Assembly (NCBI GenBank): GCA_041562495.1 | Contig: JBFEXW010000003.1 | Span: 1-27,947 of the forward strand | Length of the DNA stretch: 27,947 nt | Reading direction: 5' to 3' | Origin: Marinobacterium sp. | GTDB taxonomy: Bacteria; Pseudomonadota; Gammaproteobacteria; Pseudomonadales; Balneatricaceae | Part shown: piece by piece, positions 1-11,405 of the stretch | Layout of the letters: the number at the start of each line of letters is the position of its first letter | Numbering within the stretch: position 1 is the stretch's first letter | Position numbers and translations under genes: made by a program | The notes under the pieces: model-generated | What the model saw: only the letters and a program-made list of their open reading frames with translations | Databases searched by the model: none | Told to the model about the DNA's origin: nothing

Positions 1-627
1 ATAACCGGAAACAGCCGTTCTCCTTAGCATACAGACATGTGCACCACAGCCCAGTTCCTGACCGAGATCCTCAACAATACTGCGAATATAGGTACCTTTT
101 GAGCAGTGAATTTCAAGATCGATCTCATCCTCTCTGAGATCCAGAAGTTTAATCTCAAAGATATGCACCTGACGCGGCTTAACCTCGACCTTTTCACCTT
201 TTCGGGCGAGCTTATAGAGTGGCTGTCCCTGATATTTAAGCGCCGAAAACATCGACGGTACCTGCTCAATATCACCGAGGAACTTCACTTGGAGCAGTGT
301 GCGTAGCGCATCAGCGTCAAGCGGTGGAATAGGCCGGGTTTCAATAACCTCGCCATCCGCATCACTGGAATCAGTACGCACTCCCAGTTTAGCCGTGGTG
401 ATATAGCGTTTATCTGAATCAAGCAGAAACTGGGAAAATTTGGTTGCTTCGCCAAGGCAGATCGGTAATAAGCCTGTAGCCAGCGGATCCAGCGCACCGG
501 TATGCCCAGCCTTAGCCGCATCATAGATCCGTTTTACCCGCTGCAGGGCTGCGTTTGAACTCAGTCCCTGTGGCTTATCAAGTAAAAAGACGCCGTCGAT
601 GCGGCGTCCTTTTTGTCTACGACCCAT
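1..627 (-). CDS. truB: tRNA pseudouridine(55) synthase TruB, N-terminal ~209 aa; the 3' end lies beyond the window
   Basis: Minus-strand frame is open from the window edge to ATG 627..625. A GGAGA Shine-Dalgarno sits about 7 nt upstream, and the start lies 2 nt after the rbfA stop. My translation reads [64 protein letters not shown]..., which contains the TruB catalytic-Asp motif [11 protein letters not shown]. It is missing from the ORF track because no stop codon falls inside the window. The position after rbfA matches the canonical operon. Confidence 0.9.
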   Translation of the reverse strand, partial: MGRRQKGRRIDGVFLLDKPQGLSSNAALQRVKRIYDAAKAGHTGALDPLATGLLPICLGEATKFSQFLLDSDKRYITTAKLGVRTDSSDADGEVIETRPIPPLDADALRTLLQVKFLGDIEQVPSMFSALKYQGQPLYKLARKGEKVEVKPRQVHIFEIKLLDLREDEIDLEIHCSKGTYIRSIVEDLGQELGCGAHVCMLRRTAVSGY

Positions 628-629
628 GA

Positions 630-1019
630 TTAGTCTCCAGAGCCGTTTTCGTCTTCAAGTCGGCGGGCACGCTCAATCAGACTGGTCAGATGACGACCTC
701 GCTCAACACTCTCATCATAATGAAAGCGCAATTGCGGCATCACTCGCAGTTTAATTCCGCGAGCCAGTTCGGCGCGCAGAAAACCAGCAGCATTATTCAA
801 TACCGACAGGCTATCTTTAAGGGCTTCAGCTTCATCCTTACCACCCAGCGGAAGGACAGTGATGTAGACATCGGCATAACCCAGATCCTTGGCGACCTTC
901 ACATGATTGATGGTCACCATGCCAAGACGTGGGTCTTTAATTTCCCGCTGGATAAGGGAGGCCAGATCACGCTGCATCTGGTCTCCCACCCGGTCGGTGC
1001 GTTTAAAATCGCGCGCCAT
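630..1019 (-). CDS. rbfA: ribosome-binding factor A (30S maturation)
   Basis: 129-aa ORF with ATG start and a GAGGT Shine-Dalgarno immediately after the infB stop. Typical RbfA length and sequence character (KH-like, ...[26 protein letters not shown]...). Conserved infB-rbfA-truB order. Confidence 0.9.
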   Translation of the reverse strand: MARDFKRTDRVGDQMQRDLASLIQREIKDPRLGMVTINHVKVAKDLGYADVYITVLPLGGKDEAEALKDSLSVLNNAAGFLRAELARGIKLRVMPQLRFHYDESVERGRHLTSLIERARRLEDENGSGD

Positions 1020-1027
1020 AGTACCTC

Positions 1028-3589
1028 TTAAATAGTTCTCTGAACTTCAACAGTGTCGTAAACCTCTATCTGGTCGCCGACTTTAACATCGTTGTAGTTC
1101 TTCACGCCGATACCACACTCCATGCCATTACGCACTTCAGCAACAGCATCCTTAAAGCGACGCAGCGACTCCAGCTCACCTTCGTAGATAACCACGTTAT
1201 CACGTAGTACGCGGATACGCTTGTTACGGTAAACCGTACCCTCAGTCACCATACAGCCGGCAATTGCACCGATCTTAGGTGCACGGAACACATCACGTAC
1301 TTCAGCAACACCCACAATCTCCTCTTTGAACTCAGGAGAGAGCAGACCGCTCATCGCAGCCTTAACATCATCAATGATGTCGTAGATAACACTGTAGTAG
1401 CGAAGCTCAATCTCTTCACGTTCAACAATCGCACGCGCCTGTGCATCTGCACGAACGTTGAAGCCGATCAGGATCGCTGATGATGCCAGCGCCAGGTTGG
1501 CGTCGGTTTCACCGATACCACCCACACCGCCAGAGACGATGTTCACTTTTACTTCATCAGTAGACAGATCTTCCAGTGAGTGGGTCAGTGCTTCCAGAGA
1601 ACCACGGACGTCTGTCTTCAGTACGATATTGAGCGACTTAACATCACCCGCCTGCATATTGGAGAACAGGTTCTCCAGTTTCGCCTGCTGCTGACGCTGA
1701 AGTTTAACTTCACGGAATTTACCCTGACGGAACAGAGCAACTTCACGCGCTTTCTTCTCGCTTGATACTACGGTGAAATCATCACCTGCATCTGGAGTAC
1801 CATCCAGACCCTGAATCTCAACAGGGATCGATGGACCCGCTGCTGCCAGCGGATCGCCATTTTCATCAAGCATCGCACGGACACGACCGTAATGCAGACC
1901 AGCCAGTACGATATCACCTTTCTTCAGCGTACCATTCTGTACCAACAGTGTTGCAACAGGACCGCGCCCTTTATCCAGACGTGACTCAACAACAACACCC
2001 TGACCCGGCGCATCACGTACCGCCGTCAGCTCAAGCATTTCAGACTGCAGCAGAACCGCTTCAATCAGCTCATCGATACCCTGGCCGGTTTTAGCCGATA
2101 CGGAACAGAACTGCACATCACCACCCCAGTCTTCCGGGATAACATCACGCTGAGCGAGTTCGTTTTTAACGCGATCGGGATCTGCATCCTCTTTATCGAC
2201 CTTGTTAACCGCTACTACCAGAGGCACACCTGCCGCCTTGGCGTGCTGGACAGCCTCTTCAGTCTGAGGCATGACACCATCATCTGCTGCCACAACAAGA
2301 ATAACGATATCTGTCAGTGATGCACCACGTGCACGCATTGCTGTGAATGCCGCGTGTCCCGGTGTATCCAGGAAGGTCACCATGCCGTTATCGGTTTCCA
2401 CATGGTAGGCACCGATATGCTGGGTAATTCCACCCGACTCGCCAGCGGCAACACGGGTACGACGAATATAGTCGAGAAGCGAGGTCTTACCGTGGTCAAC
2501 GTGACCCATAACAGTAACAACCGGCGCACGTGTTTCGTGCTCACCCGCATGCGCAGCGACCGCTTCGAGCAGTTCATCCTCGATCGCGTTCGCCTGCATT
2601 GGAATTGCTTTATGACCCATCTCTTCAACAATAAGGATCGCTGTATCCTGGTCGATAGGCTGGTTGATGGTTGCCATTGCTCCCATCTTAAACATCACCT
2701 TGATCACTTCTGCCGCTTTAATCGACATCTTCTTGGCCAACTCTGCCACAGTGAGACTTTCAGGAATGCTTACCTCATGCACGACTGGCGCTGTAGGCTT
2801 CTCGAAACCGTGCTGATTAGCCGATGCATGCCCTATGTGATGACGACGAGTGTTCTTTCCGCCCTTAGCATTTCGAGAGTCATCACGCCCTTTGGTACGA
2901 CGCCCCTCACCTCGCTCAGCTCGCTCGTTGCGACGATTATCACGCTCTTTGCGCTTACGACGCGGATCATCAGACTGTGATTCAGTCTTCGCTTCAGTTT
3001 TCTGCTCAGTAGCGGCAGGTTTAGCAGGCTGCTCTTTCCCTTCAGCTTTAACCTCCTGCTTAACCTCAGGCTCAGCTTGCTTAACAGTCTCAGTAGCTTT
3101 CTCTGCCTTCTGTTCTGCTGGCGCTGCTTCTGCTACAGACTCTGCAGCCTGATCTTCGGGTTGCGCAGCCGCTACTTCCGTAACAGGTGCTTCAGCGACC
3201 TGTTCTACTGTCGCAGGAGCCTCTTCAACCAGAGCCGTCTCTTCAATCTCTGGAGCCTCTAACTGAGGCTGCTCATCGAGTTCACTGCGTTTAACGTAGG
3301 TACGCTTTTTACGAACCTCAACGTTAACAGTCTTACGCTTACCAGACGCACCAGACACTTTAAGTGTCGAGGTCGTTTTGCGTTTCAATGTAATCTTTTT
3401 AGGTTCTCCGACCTCAGCGCTATCACCATGGCTACGCTTAAGGTGAGCCAAAAGCTGCTGCTTTTCGCTCTCAGTGACGGTGGATTCAACGCCTTTACCG
3501 TTGATTCCCGCTTCCTGCATCTGAGTTAACAAACGCTCAACGGATACACCAACCACATCGGCAAACTGTTTAATAGTGGTCTCTGCCAT
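1028..3589 (-). CDS. infB: translation initiation factor IF-2
   Basis: 853-aa ORF. GTP-binding motifs are present ([25 protein letters not shown]). The N-terminal region is a low-complexity acidic/Ala-rich stretch followed by an Arg/Lys-rich stretch, typical of IF2. A strong Shine-Dalgarno (GGAAGAGGAGAAA) precedes ATG 3589. It follows nusA as in all proteobacteria. Confidence 0.97.
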   Translation of the reverse strand: MAETTIKQFADVVGVSVERLLTQMQEAGINGKGVESTVTESEKQQLLAHLKRSHGDSAEVGEPKKITLKRKTTSTLKVSGASGKRKTVNVEVRKKRTYVKRSELDEQPQLEAPEIEETALVEEAPATVEQVAEAPVTEVAAAQPEDQAAESVAEAAPAEQKAEKATETVKQAEPEVKQEVKAEGKEQPAKPAATEQKTEAKTESQSDDPRRKRKERDNRRNERAERGEGRRTKGRDDSRNAKGGKNTRRHHIGHASANQHGFEKPTAPVVHEVSIPESLTVAELAKKMSIKAAEVIKVMFKMGAMATINQPIDQDTAILIVEEMGHKAIPMQANAIEDELLEAVAAHAGEHETRAPVVTVMGHVDHGKTSLLDYIRRTRVAAGESGGITQHIGAYHVETDNGMVTFLDTPGHAAFTAMRARGASLTDIVILVVAADDGVMPQTEEAVQHAKAAGVPLVVAVNKVDKEDADPDRVKNELAQRDVIPEDWGGDVQFCSVSAKTGQGIDELIEAVLLQSEMLELTAVRDAPGQGVVVESRLDKGRGPVATLLVQNGTLKKGDIVLAGLHYGRVRAMLDENGDPLAAAGPSIPVEIQGLDGTPDAGDDFTVVSSEKKAREVALFRQGKFREVKLQRQQQAKLENLFSNMQAGDVKSLNIVLKTDVRGSLEALTHSLEDLSTDEVKVNIVSGGVGGIGETDANLALASSAILIGFNVRADAQARAIVEREEIELRYYSVIYDIIDDVKAAMSGLLSPEFKEEIVGVAEVRDVFRAPKIGAIAGCMVTEGTVYRNKRIRVLRDNVVIYEGELESLRRFKDAVAEVRNGMECGIGVKNYNDVKVGDQIEVYDTVEVQRTI

Positions 3590-3616
3590 CAGGGGTTTCT
3601 CCTCTTCCGTTGTCTC

Positions 3617-5104
3617 TTACTGCTCTTCAAACCAAGGGGCGCGGGCTGTCATGATCAGCTCTCCAGCGCGCTCTTCGGTCATACCTTCAACATCAAGCAG
3701 CTCTTCAATTGACTGTTCAGCCAGATCTTCCATCGTCTGAATGCCGCGAGCAGCAAGCAGGTAGGCCAGATGCTTATCCATGCCATCCATAGTCAGCAGA
3801 TCTTCCGCCGGCTCTACATCACCCAGTTGTTCTTCACTTGCGATCGCCATATTCAGCAGTGCATCTTTCGCACGCTGACGCAGAGCTTCAACGATCGCTT
3901 CGTCAAACTCTTCGATCTCCAGCATCTCGTTAACCGGAACGTAAGCAACCTCTTCAAGCGTGGTAAAACCTTCAGCAACCAGCAGTTCAGCAAGGTCGGC
4001 ATCAACATCAAGGTGTTGTTCAAACAGCTCGATCGTTTTACCCACTTCAGATTCATGCTTCTCTGACGCCTCAACTTCACTCATTACATTGAGCTCCCAG
4101 CCGGTCAGTTCAGAGGCAAGACGTACATTCTGTCCGCTACGGCCAATCGCCATCGCCAGAGCTTCCTCAGCAACAGCCACATCCATCGAGTGAGTTTCTT
4201 CATCAATGATGATGGATGCCACTTCAGCTGGAGACATCGCGTTGATAACAAGTTGCGCTGGGTTATCATCCCAGAGCACGATATCGACACGCTCGCCGCC
4301 AAGTTCGTTAGATACTGCCTGGACTCGTGCTCCACGCATACCGACACAGGCACCAACAGGATCAAGACGACCATCGTTGGTTTTGACTGCAATCTTGGCA
4401 CGTGCACCTGGGTCACGTGAGGCTGCGCGAATCTCGATCATCTCTTCAGCGATCTCAGGCACCTCTATGCGGAACAGTTCGATCAGCATCTCTGGCGAAG
4501 TACGGCTCAGCACTAGTTGAGGACCGCGTCCCTCTGAACGAATTTCCTGCAGTACTGCACGAACACGCTCACCCATGCGGAATACCTCACGTGGCAGCAG
4601 ATTTTCACGTGGCAGCATCGCTTCGGCGTTGTTACCCAGATCTACAATAACGTTGTCACGTGTCACTTTTTTAACAGTACCGGCGATCAGTTCACCCTGA
4701 CGATCCGAATACTGTTCAACGACCTTAGCGCGTTCAGCTTCACGTACTTTCTGTACGATAACCTGCTTTGCGGTCTGCGCAGCGATTCGGCCAAACTTAA
4801 CCGATTCAACCTGCTCTTCATGGATATCGCCCGGCTGAAGGTTTGTATCGATCTCAGCCGTTTCTTCCATTGTAAGCTCGGTACCCAGAGCAGGAACAGC
4901 GTCATTATCAACAACCAGCCAGCGACGGAAAGTTTCATAATCACCCGTCGTCGGGTCGATCGTTACACGGATATCCGCTTCCTCGTCATAGCGCTTCTTC
5001 GTAGCGGTTGCCAAAGCAACTTCAATCGCTTCAAAGATGACCGACTTGGGCACATCCTTCTCATTAGAAACCGCTTCGGCTACCAACAGGATCTCTTTGT
5101 TCAT
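3617..5104 (-). CDS. nusA: transcription termination/antitermination factor NusA
   Basis: 495-aa ORF with an AGGAG Shine-Dalgarno. S1 and KH-domain-like sequence is present, plus the C-terminal acidic repeat region seen in gammaproteobacterial NusA. Position in the rimP-nusA-infB operon. Confidence 0.96.
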   Translation of the reverse strand: MNKEILLVAEAVSNEKDVPKSVIFEAIEVALATATKKRYDEEADIRVTIDPTTGDYETFRRWLVVDNDAVPALGTELTMEETAEIDTNLQPGDIHEEQVESVKFGRIAAQTAKQVIVQKVREAERAKVVEQYSDRQGELIAGTVKKVTRDNVIVDLGNNAEAMLPRENLLPREVFRMGERVRAVLQEIRSEGRGPQLVLSRTSPEMLIELFRIEVPEIAEEMIEIRAASRDPGARAKIAVKTNDGRLDPVGACVGMRGARVQAVSNELGGERVDIVLWDDNPAQLVINAMSPAEVASIIIDEETHSMDVAVAEEALAMAIGRSGQNVRLASELTGWELNVMSEVEASEKHESEVGKTIELFEQHLDVDADLAELLVAEGFTTLEEVAYVPVNEMLEIEEFDEAIVEALRQRAKDALLNMAIASEEQLGDVEPAEDLLTMDGMDKHLAYLLAARGIQTMEDLAEQSIEELLDVEGMTEERAGELIMTARAPWFEEQ

Positions 5105-5134
5105 AATCTTTTCTCGCTCCTAGAATTCAAAGCG

Positions 5135-5593
5135 CTATTTGAACTGAGGTACCACATTCGCTCGCTCGATCAGCTCATGCGGTAACAAATACTCTTCATT
5201 ATCGACGACGAGCAGAACTTCATCTCCCTCAACGCCGTTTAATATGCCTTTAAACTTACGACGCCCCTCAAACGGCATGCGTAAACGAAGCTGGACCACG
5301 TGCCCGGCATAGGCCGAAAACTGCTCCAGTGTATAAAGAGGACGATCCATCCCAGGCGATGAGACCTCCAGGTTGTACTGTTCGGTAATTGGATCCTCAA
5401 CATCCAGCACACCGCTCACCTGATGACTCACGCGCGCGCAATCATCGACACTGACCCCATCAGGCCCATCTATATAGATCCGCAACAGGCTGTTTTTACC
5501 TGCGGAGGTATATTCAATTCCCCAGAGTTCCAGACCAAGCCCCTGTACAACGGGTTCGATCAACTCCTGCAACAGCTTAAGCTTTGCTGACAC
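5135..5593 (-). CDS. rimP: ribosome maturation factor RimP
   Basis: 152 aa, similar to E. coli RimP/YhbC ([50 protein letters not shown]). The start is GTG 5593, with AAAGGTGA just upstream. It lies immediately upstream of nusA. Confidence 0.9.
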   Translation of the reverse strand: MSAKLKLLQELIEPVVQGLGLELWGIEYTSAGKNSLLRIYIDGPDGVSVDDCARVSHQVSGVLDVEDPITEQYNLEVSSPGMDRPLYTLEQFSAYAGHVVQLRLRMPFEGRRKFKGILNGVEGDEVLLVVDNEEYLLPHELIERANVVPQFK

Positions 5594-5610
5594 TACTCAC
5601 CTTTGAACTA

Positions 5611-5640
5611 AAACAAAAAATGGGTCACGAGGACCCATTT
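5611..5640 (-). terminator. intrinsic-terminator-like hairpin 30 nt upstream of the rimP start (candidate attenuator)
   Basis: Minus-strand RNA reads AAAUGGGUC-cucgu-GACCCAUUU (9-bp perfect stem, 5-nt loop) followed by UUUUGUUUU. On the plus strand the stem arms are 5618..5626 and 5632..5640, and an A-run at 5611..5617 precedes them. Confidence 0.6.
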
Positions 5641-5712
5641 CTGACAAACTCCACCACCCCAGAGGCCTGTGAAGTCGCGATCTGTTGAGAGCCCTAAAGC
5701 TCCCGTCAGGTA

Positions 5713-5737
5713 CGAAAAAGCCCCACTAATGGGGCTT
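5713..5737 (-). terminator. intrinsic terminator immediately downstream of tRNA-fMet
   Basis: Minus-strand RNA reads AAGCCCCA-uuag-UGGGGCUU (8-bp stem) followed by UUUUUCG. Plus-strand arms are 5718..5725 and 5730..5737. It lies 12 nt after the tRNA 3' end. Confidence 0.7.
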
Positions 5738-5749
5738 CTACCAACTCGG

Positions 5750-5826
<77 letters not shown>

Positions 5827-5842
5827 TCAGAAACAGGCCAGA

Positions 5843-5871
5843 ATTTTACGCTGAACCTGTACGCTTTACAA
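5843..5871 (-). promoter_or_regulatory. sigma70-like promoter in the tRNA-Leu/tRNA-fMet spacer (candidate metY promoter)
   Basis: Minus strand reads TTGTAA (-35, plus 5866..5871), a 17-nt spacer, then TAAAAT (-10, plus 5843..5848). The -10 ends about 16 nt before the mature tRNA-fMet 5' end. Confidence 0.4.
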
Positions 5872-5874
5872 CTT

Positions 5875-5960
5875 TGGTGCCCAAGGCCGGACTCGAACCG
5901 GCACGTCCTAGGGACACTACCCCCTCAAGATAGCGTGTCTACCAATTCCACCACTTGGGC
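5875..5960 (-). tRNA. leuU: tRNA-Leu (anticodon GAG), 86 nt with long variable arm, CCA encoded
   Basis: The reverse complement reads GCCCAAGTGGTGGAATTGGTAGACACGCTATCTTGAGGGGGTAGTGTCCCTAGGACGTGCCGGTTCGAGTCCGGCCTTGGGCACCA. The anticodon stem is CTATC/GGTAG and the loop is TTGAGGG. It starts 7 nt after the secG stop, matching the E. coli secG-leuU arrangement. Confidence 0.92.
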
Positions 5961-5967
5961 TAAACTT

Positions 5968-6339
5968 TTACTTCCCTACTGTTGGTATGTCTGAATTACC
6001 ATCAGTAGCTGACTGCGTATCAGTTGCAGGAAGTTCTGGTTCCTGCTTAGCAGCCTGCTGCTCAACGACTGCAGCCGCCGGGATACCTGCTTCACCAATG
6101 TTCTCTGCCTGATTCTTAGCAAATATCGCCAAAACAAAGCTAGTTACAAAGATGCCCGCTGCCAGAACTGCAGTAACACGTCCAAGAACGCTACCACTTC
6201 CCCGACTACCAAACACAGTCTGTGACGCACCACCACCGAAAGACGCACCCGCTTCCGCACCCTTACCTTGCTGTAAGAGAACAAGAGCGATTATTCCTAC
6301 TGCCAGCAGGACGTGTACGATCAGTATTAGTGTTTCCAT
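5968..6339 (-). CDS. secG: preprotein translocase subunit SecG
   Basis: 123 aa with two hydrophobic helices and the conserved LLQQGKGAEAGASFGGGASQTVFGSRGS motif, comparable to E. coli SecG (LQQGKGADMGASFGAGAS). Position between glmM and tRNA-Leu. Confidence 0.92.
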   Translation of the reverse strand: METLILIVHVLLAVGIIALVLLQQGKGAEAGASFGGGASQTVFGSRGSGSVLGRVTAVLAAGIFVTSFVLAIFAKNQAENIGEAGIPAAAVVEQQAAKQEPELPATDTQSATDGNSDIPTVGK

Positions 6340-6436
6340 CTCGCCTTATGCTTGATCTTCGTTCGCAGATACCGACCCGGATGCTTTTCAAAGCACTCCA
6401 GATCTCAAAGAGGCGCGAATATTACCCTAGCAATAT

Positions 6437-7786
6437 TCAACTTACAAGCTGCTGCAGAACATTTTCGACTTTTAGTGCCAGGTTTTTACACACTTGATCA
6501 ACCTTAGCCGCGTCAATGCCTTCAACCATGACACGCACCAATGGTTCGGTTCCGGACGGGCGCAACAGGACTCGTCCATCGCCGGCCAGTTCAGCCTCAG
6601 CCTCAGCAACCGCTTCATCGATCCCTGCGATGCCATCAATAGCCACACGTCTAGCCAGGCGCACATTGATAAGACTCTGTGGCAGCTTAGTCATCACCTT
6701 TTTCAACTCATGCAGTGGCTTACCTGATTCCGCTATCGCTTTCAGCACCTGTACCGCCGCAACCGTGCCGTCGCCCGTTGGGAGAATATCGCGACACACA
6801 ATATGTCCCGACCCCTCACCACCAAGATTCCATCCCTGAGCAGACAACTGCTCTATAACATAACGATCCCCCACCTTCGCCCTGACAAAGGGGATGTCCA
6901 TATCTTTAAGCGCCAGCTCCATTCCCAGATTGGACATCAAGGTTCCCACTACACCGCCTTTGAGCGCTCCATTCGCCCTCAGCGCCCGAGCAATAATCAC
7001 CAGCAGCTCATCGCCATCAACCGTTTCACCCCTAGCATCAACCAGAATCAGACGATCAGCATCGCCATCAAGCGCAACCCCAAGATCAGCACCAACCTCA
7101 AGCACCTTTTCGCGTAACTGCCCAACCGATGTAGCACCGCAGTTCAGGTTGATATTAAGCCCATCCGGCTTCGAACCGATCTCAACCACCTCCGCACCCA
7201 ACTCTGCAAACACCTTGGGTGCCACGTGGTATGCCGCTCCATTGGCACTATCAACAACCATCTTCATTCCAGACAGACTCAGCGAACCGCCCCCCGTTGC
7301 CTTACAGAACTCTATATAACGACCCTCTGCATCATTTACCCGACGAACCTTGCCAAGCTCTGCCGAGGGCACAGTACTCATCGCCAGATCCATCTGCGCT
7401 TCGATCTTCTCCTCAATCTCATCCGGCAGTTTGGTACCTTCAGCACTGAAGAACTTTATTCCGTTATCATCATAGGGGTTATGGGACGCACTAATCACGA
7501 TCCCCGCATCCGCTCTGAAGGTCCGCGTCAGGTACGCTATCGCAGGGGTCGGCATAGGCCCCAACAACAGAACATCAACACCCGCCGCAGAGAGCCCTGC
7601 CTCCAGCGCTGACTCAAACATATATCCAGAGATACGAGTATCCTTACCGATCAGCACTTTGCTGCGGCCTTCGCGCGCAAAGACACGCCCGACAGCCCAG
7701 CCTAGCTTCAGCACAAAATCGGGCGTGATCGGAAATTCACCTACTCGCCCACGAATACCATCTGTTCCAAAATAACGCCGCGCCAT
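6437..7786 (-). CDS. glmM: phosphoglucosamine mutase
   Basis: 449 aa. N-terminus is YFGTDGIRG and the active-site Ser loop is [15 protein letters not shown], both as in E. coli GlmM. The ATG lies 1 nt after the folP stop. Confidence 0.96.
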   Translation of the reverse strand: MARRYFGTDGIRGRVGEFPITPDFVLKLGWAVGRVFAREGRSKVLIGKDTRISGYMFESALEAGLSAAGVDVLLLGPMPTPAIAYLTRTFRADAGIVISASHNPYDDNGIKFFSAEGTKLPDEIEEKIEAQMDLAMSTVPSAELGKVRRVNDAEGRYIEFCKATGGGSLSLSGMKMVVDSANGAAYHVAPKVFAELGAEVVEIGSKPDGLNINLNCGATSVGQLREKVLEVGADLGVALDGDADRLILVDARGETVDGDELLVIIARALRANGALKGGVVGTLMSNLGMELALKDMDIPFVRAKVGDRYVIEQLSAQGWNLGGEGSGHIVCRDILPTGDGTVAAVQVLKAIAESGKPLHELKKVMTKLPQSLINVRLARRVAIDGIAGIDEAVAEAEAELAGDGRVLLRPSGTEPLVRVMVEGIDAAKVDQVCKNLALKVENVLQQLVS

Positions 7787-7787
7787 A

Positions 7788-8645
7788 CTAGTTTCTTACA
7801 CCTTCTGAAATGATCGCTTCTGTCATGCGCACCACATCGACTGCAGCAGCAACATCATGAACCCGAATAATACGCGCACCTCGTTCAACCGCCAGTGCAA
7901 CCGTTGCCAGCCCACCTGCCAGACGCTCTTCAGGTTTTTTGTTTAACACCTGACCAATCATCGTTTTGCGCGATGTACCCGATAATACAGGAACACCAAA
8001 GGATTTAAGCTCATCCATACGGTTAAGTAGCTGAAGGTTATGCTCAAGCGTTTTACCAAAGCCAAATCCAGGATCGATTATCAGGTTTTCCCGTTTAATG
8101 CCGCCTGCAACAGCACGCGTTAACTGCTGATCGAGAAAATCCTTAACTTCAGCCATCAGATCTTCATAGCTGGGGGCACGCTGCATCGTTGCGGGACTGC
8201 CCTGCATATGCATGATACAGACAGGCAGCCCGGTAGACGCCGCCGCTTCAAGTGCGCCCTCGCGTCCGAGCGAACGCACATCATTCAGGATACCCGCCCC
8301 CAGACGCGCACTCCCCAGCATCACCTCAGGGGCGCTGGTATCCACGGAGATAACGACATCCAGCTCGCTACTGATCCGCTCAACCACAGGCAAGACACGA
8401 TCCATCTCCTCCTGCAGCGACACGGGCGCAGCACCCGGACGCGTTGACTCACCACCTATATCAATAATCGTTGCGCCCTCATCCAGCATACGCGCGGCAT
8501 GCAACAGCGCTTTATCCAGTGATAAACGCGCATCACTGAACAGATTTCCACCATCAGAGAAGGAGTCTGGCGTGACATTCAGAATCCCCATCACCTGAGT
8601 TGTTGCGAGATCCAGCGTTTTGTTACCACAGGTCAGAAGTGCCAA
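7788..8645 (-). CDS. folP: dihydropteroate synthase
   Basis: 285 aa with the Pterin-binding domain ([40 protein letters not shown]). The apparent start is TTG 8645, with a GAGGA Shine-Dalgarno 6 nt upstream. Confidence 0.93.
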   Translation of the reverse strand: MALLTCGNKTLDLATTQVMGILNVTPDSFSDGGNLFSDARLSLDKALLHAARMLDEGATIIDIGGESTRPGAAPVSLQEEMDRVLPVVERISSELDVVISVDTSAPEVMLGSARLGAGILNDVRSLGREGALEAAASTGLPVCIMHMQGSPATMQRAPSYEDLMAEVKDFLDQQLTRAVAGGIKRENLIIDPGFGFGKTLEHNLQLLNRMDELKSFGVPVLSGTSRKTMIGQVLNKKPEERLAGGLATVALAVERGARIIRVHDVAAAVDVVRMTEAIISEGVRN

Positions 8646-8670
8646 ATCAAATCCTCAACCGGTTACAGAT

Positions 8671-8705
8671 CGTAAAAATAAAAAGGCCCGTCAATAACGG
8701 GCCTC
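8671..8705 (-). terminator. strong intrinsic terminator downstream of ftsH
   Basis: Minus-strand RNA reads AGGCCCGU-uauuga-ACGGGCCU (8-bp GC-rich perfect stem; plus arms 8684..8691 and 8698..8705) followed by UUUUUAUUUUUAC. It lies 16 nt after the ftsH stop. Confidence 0.8.
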
Positions 8706-8720
8706 ATAGTTTACTGCAGA

Positions 8721-10742
8721 TTAATGCTTGGGTGGATCCCAGGGGTTGTCAGACTTAGACTCCTGACCAGAATCATCCGATTCAGGCAGATCCCGATCAA
8801 CCTCTTCGACATCAGGCACATCAGATTCACCGACATCCTGTTCAGCTTCCTCTGCAGCACTGTGTTCAGCTACAGATTCACCCTCTTCACCCTTAGCGTC
8901 TTCAGGCATATCACTCCAACCATCCGGCGGCGTAACTTCCTGACGCTCCATCAACTCATCCAGTTGCTTAGTACCAATGGTTTCGTATTTCATCAATGCT
9001 TTGGCCATCGCTTCCATGATGTCCCAGTTATCTTCCAGCGTTTTATATGCTGTCTTGTAACACTCATCGATGATGCGACGGACTTCTGAGTCGATACGCT
9101 TCTGCGTCTCTTCAGACATCGCCTTCGCCTGCTGACCCGCACCATGACCGAATGGATCACCATCCTCATCGGCATAGAGCAGCGGCCCCAACTCATCAGT
9201 CAAACCCCACTTGGTGACCATATTACGAGCCAACTGAGTCGCTTTCTGAATATCATTAGATGCACCGGTGGTTACACCCGCTTTACCCAGCGTCATCTCC
9301 TCGGCGATACGGCCACCATAGAGCGAACAGATCTGCGAGATAATCTGTTCACGGCTAAAGCTGTAACGATCCTCTTCTGGCAGGAACATGGTAACGCCCA
9401 GCGCACGACCACGCGGAATGATAGACACTTTGTAAACCGGGTCATGTGATGGCATCAGACGACCGATAATCGCGTGTCCCGATTCATGGTATGCCGTATT
9501 GAGGCGCTCTTTATATGACATCACCATCGACTTGCGCTCAGCGCCCATCATGATCTTGTCTTTAGCTTTCTCGAACTGTTCCATACCGACAGTACGGCGA
9601 CTTTCACGAGCCGCGAAAAGCGCAGCCTCATTCACTAGATTAGCCAAGTCCGCACCAGAGAAGCCTGGCGTACCACGAGCAATGACCGAAGGTTCAACAT
9701 CGTTCCCCAAAGGAACCTTGCGCATATGAACCTTAAGAATCTTCTCACGCCCCTGAATATCAGGCAGACCTACATGAACCTGACGGTCAAAACGACCAGG
9801 GCGGAGCAACGCCGGATCAAGCACATCAGGGCGGTTGGTTGCGGCGATAACAATAACCCCTTCGGTGCCCTCAAAGCCATCCATCTCAACCAGCAACTGG
9901 TTCAGGGTCTGTTCACGCTCGTCGTTGCCGCCGCCGAGACCTACACCACGAGAACGACCAACCGCATCAATCTCATCAATAAAGATGATGCAGGGCGCGT
10001 GTTTTTTCGCCTGATCGAACATATCACGGACACGTGACGCACCGACGCCGACGAACATCTCAACAAAGTCCGAACCAGAAATACTGAAGAAAGGAACTTT
10101 GGCTTCACCTGCGATCGCTTTCGCAAGCAGCGTTTTACCCGTACCCGGGCTACCCGCCATCAATACACCACGTGGGATATGACCGCCGAGACGCTGGAAC
10201 CGTCCAGGATCACGCAGGTAATCAACCAGCTCAGAAACTTCCTCTTTGGCTTCCTCGACACCCGCCACATCAGCAAAGGTAGTTTTAATCTGATCCTCAC
10301 TCATCATCCGCGCTTTGGATTTACCAAAGGACATAGGACCACCTTTACCGCCGGCTCCACCCTGCATCTGACGCATGAAGAACATAAATACCGCGATGAT
10401 GACCAAAATCGGGAAGGATGCCACCAGCAACTGGCTCCAGATACTCTGCTGCTCAGGCAACTTACCCTCGACAGTCACATCGTGCTGCAGCAGATCATCA
10501 ATTAATTTCGGATCAGAAAGTGCAGGTCGAACTGTTTCAAAGCGCTCGCCATTCTCCCGCACACCCTGAATGGTATAACCATCAACTATAACGCGCTGAA
10601 CTCTTCCCGACTGAACTTCAGATACAAAATCTGAATAGCTCACACGGCGTGAATCAGTTTCAGTGCTGAAGTTATTAAAGATGGTTAACAGCACCGCTGC
10701 TATAACCAACCAGAGCACCAGGTTCTTTGCCATATCGTTCAC
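8721..10742 (-). CDS. ftsH: ATP-dependent zinc metalloprotease FtsH
   Basis: 673 aa with two N-terminal TM segments. AAA+ Walker A is GPPGTGKT-like ([20 protein letters not shown]), Walker B is [11 protein letters not shown], and the second region of homology is present. The zinc-binding HEXXH is HESGHAI. The C-terminal tail is long and acidic. The ORF-track start is GTG 10742 (MNDMAKNL). An in-frame ATG 9 nt downstream would give MAKNLVLW, as in E. coli FtsH, so the start is ambiguous. Confidence 0.96.
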   Translation of the reverse strand: MNDMAKNLVLWLVIAAVLLTIFNNFSTETDSRRVSYSDFVSEVQSGRVQRVIVDGYTIQGVRENGERFETVRPALSDPKLIDDLLQHDVTVEGKLPEQQSIWSQLLVASFPILVIIAVFMFFMRQMQGGAGGKGGPMSFGKSKARMMSEDQIKTTFADVAGVEEAKEEVSELVDYLRDPGRFQRLGGHIPRGVLMAGSPGTGKTLLAKAIAGEAKVPFFSISGSDFVEMFVGVGASRVRDMFDQAKKHAPCIIFIDEIDAVGRSRGVGLGGGNDEREQTLNQLLVEMDGFEGTEGVIVIAATNRPDVLDPALLRPGRFDRQVHVGLPDIQGREKILKVHMRKVPLGNDVEPSVIARGTPGFSGADLANLVNEAALFAARESRRTVGMEQFEKAKDKIMMGAERKSMVMSYKERLNTAYHESGHAIIGRLMPSHDPVYKVSIIPRGRALGVTMFLPEEDRYSFSREQIISQICSLYGGRIAEEMTLGKAGVTTGASNDIQKATQLARNMVTKWGLTDELGPLLYADEDGDPFGHGAGQQAKAMSEETQKRIDSEVRRIIDECYKTAYKTLEDNWDIMEAMAKALMKYETIGTKQLDELMERQEVTPPDGWSDMPEDAKGEEGESVAEHSAAEEAEQDVGESDVPDVEEVDRDLPESDDSGQESKSDNPWDPPKH

Positions 10743-10781
10743 TGACTTTCCTCTAACTAATGCGTATCGCCAGCTTTGGGC

Positions 10782-11405
10782 TTATACGCCTTTATAACCT
10801 TTACCGAGCAGATAGACTTCTCGCGATCTGGCTCTCGAAGAATCGGGTTTACGCGTCACTACCGACTTGAAACTACTGCGCATATCTGCCAGGTATTGAT
10901 CAAACCCCTCACCCTGGAAGACTTTGACCAGAAAATCACCATCAGGACGCAACACCTCACGCACCAGATCCAGTGCCAGCTCAACAAGGTACATCGCCGC
11001 TGGCTGATCGGAAGAGGCATTACCACTCATATTGGGGGCCATATCGGAAATTACAAGGTCCGCAAGCTCACCACCCAAAGCATTCAGTATCTCATCGACA
11101 ACTGACTCTTCCGTGAAATCCCCCTGAATAAAGCTAACACCGGCAAGCGGATCCATCGGCAGAATATCAGAAGCAACAACCCGCCCCGATTCTCCGACCA
11201 CTTCCGCCGCGACCTGTGACCAACCTCCAGGCGCCGCACCAAGATCAACAACCGTCATTCCCGGCTTAATCAGATGATCCTTGTCGTTAACCTCCATCAG
11301 CTTATAGCAGGCCCGTGACCTGTAGCCATCCGACTTTGATCGTTTTACGTACTGGTCATCAAAATGCTCTTTTAACCAGCGTCCACTGCTTTTCGATCTC
11401 GCCAC
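10782..11405 (-). CDS. rlmE: 23S rRNA (uridine2552-2'-O)-methyltransferase RlmE/FtsJ
   Basis: 207 aa with the SAM-binding motif [13 protein letters not shown] and a conserved C-terminus [16 protein letters not shown], as in E. coli RlmE. GTG start. It lies directly upstream of ftsH. Confidence 0.94.
   Translation of the reverse strand: MARSKSSGRWLKEHFDDQYVKRSKSDGYRSRACYKLMEVNDKDHLIKPGMTVVDLGAAPGGWSQVAAEVVGESGRVVASDILPMDPLAGVSFIQGDFTEESVVDEILNALGGELADLVISDMAPNMSGNASSDQPAAMYLVELALDLVREVLRPDGDFLVKVFQGEGFDQYLADMRSSFKSVVTRKPDSSRARSREVYLLGKGYKGV

Noticed and set aside
24-524. Short ORFs 24..275(-), 106..306(+) and 285..524(-) in the first 630 nt
   Set aside because: They are alternative-frame ORFs within the truB coding region. 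The truB frame runs 627..1, has no stop in the window, and carries the [11 protein letters not shown] motif.
2354-3262. Plus-strand ORFs antisense to infB (2354..2980, 2850..3152, 3077..3262)
   Set aside because: They are shadow ORFs within the repetitive IF2 linker and G-domain regions. They have no Shine-Dalgarno and their composition is Cys/Ser/Arg-rich nonsense.
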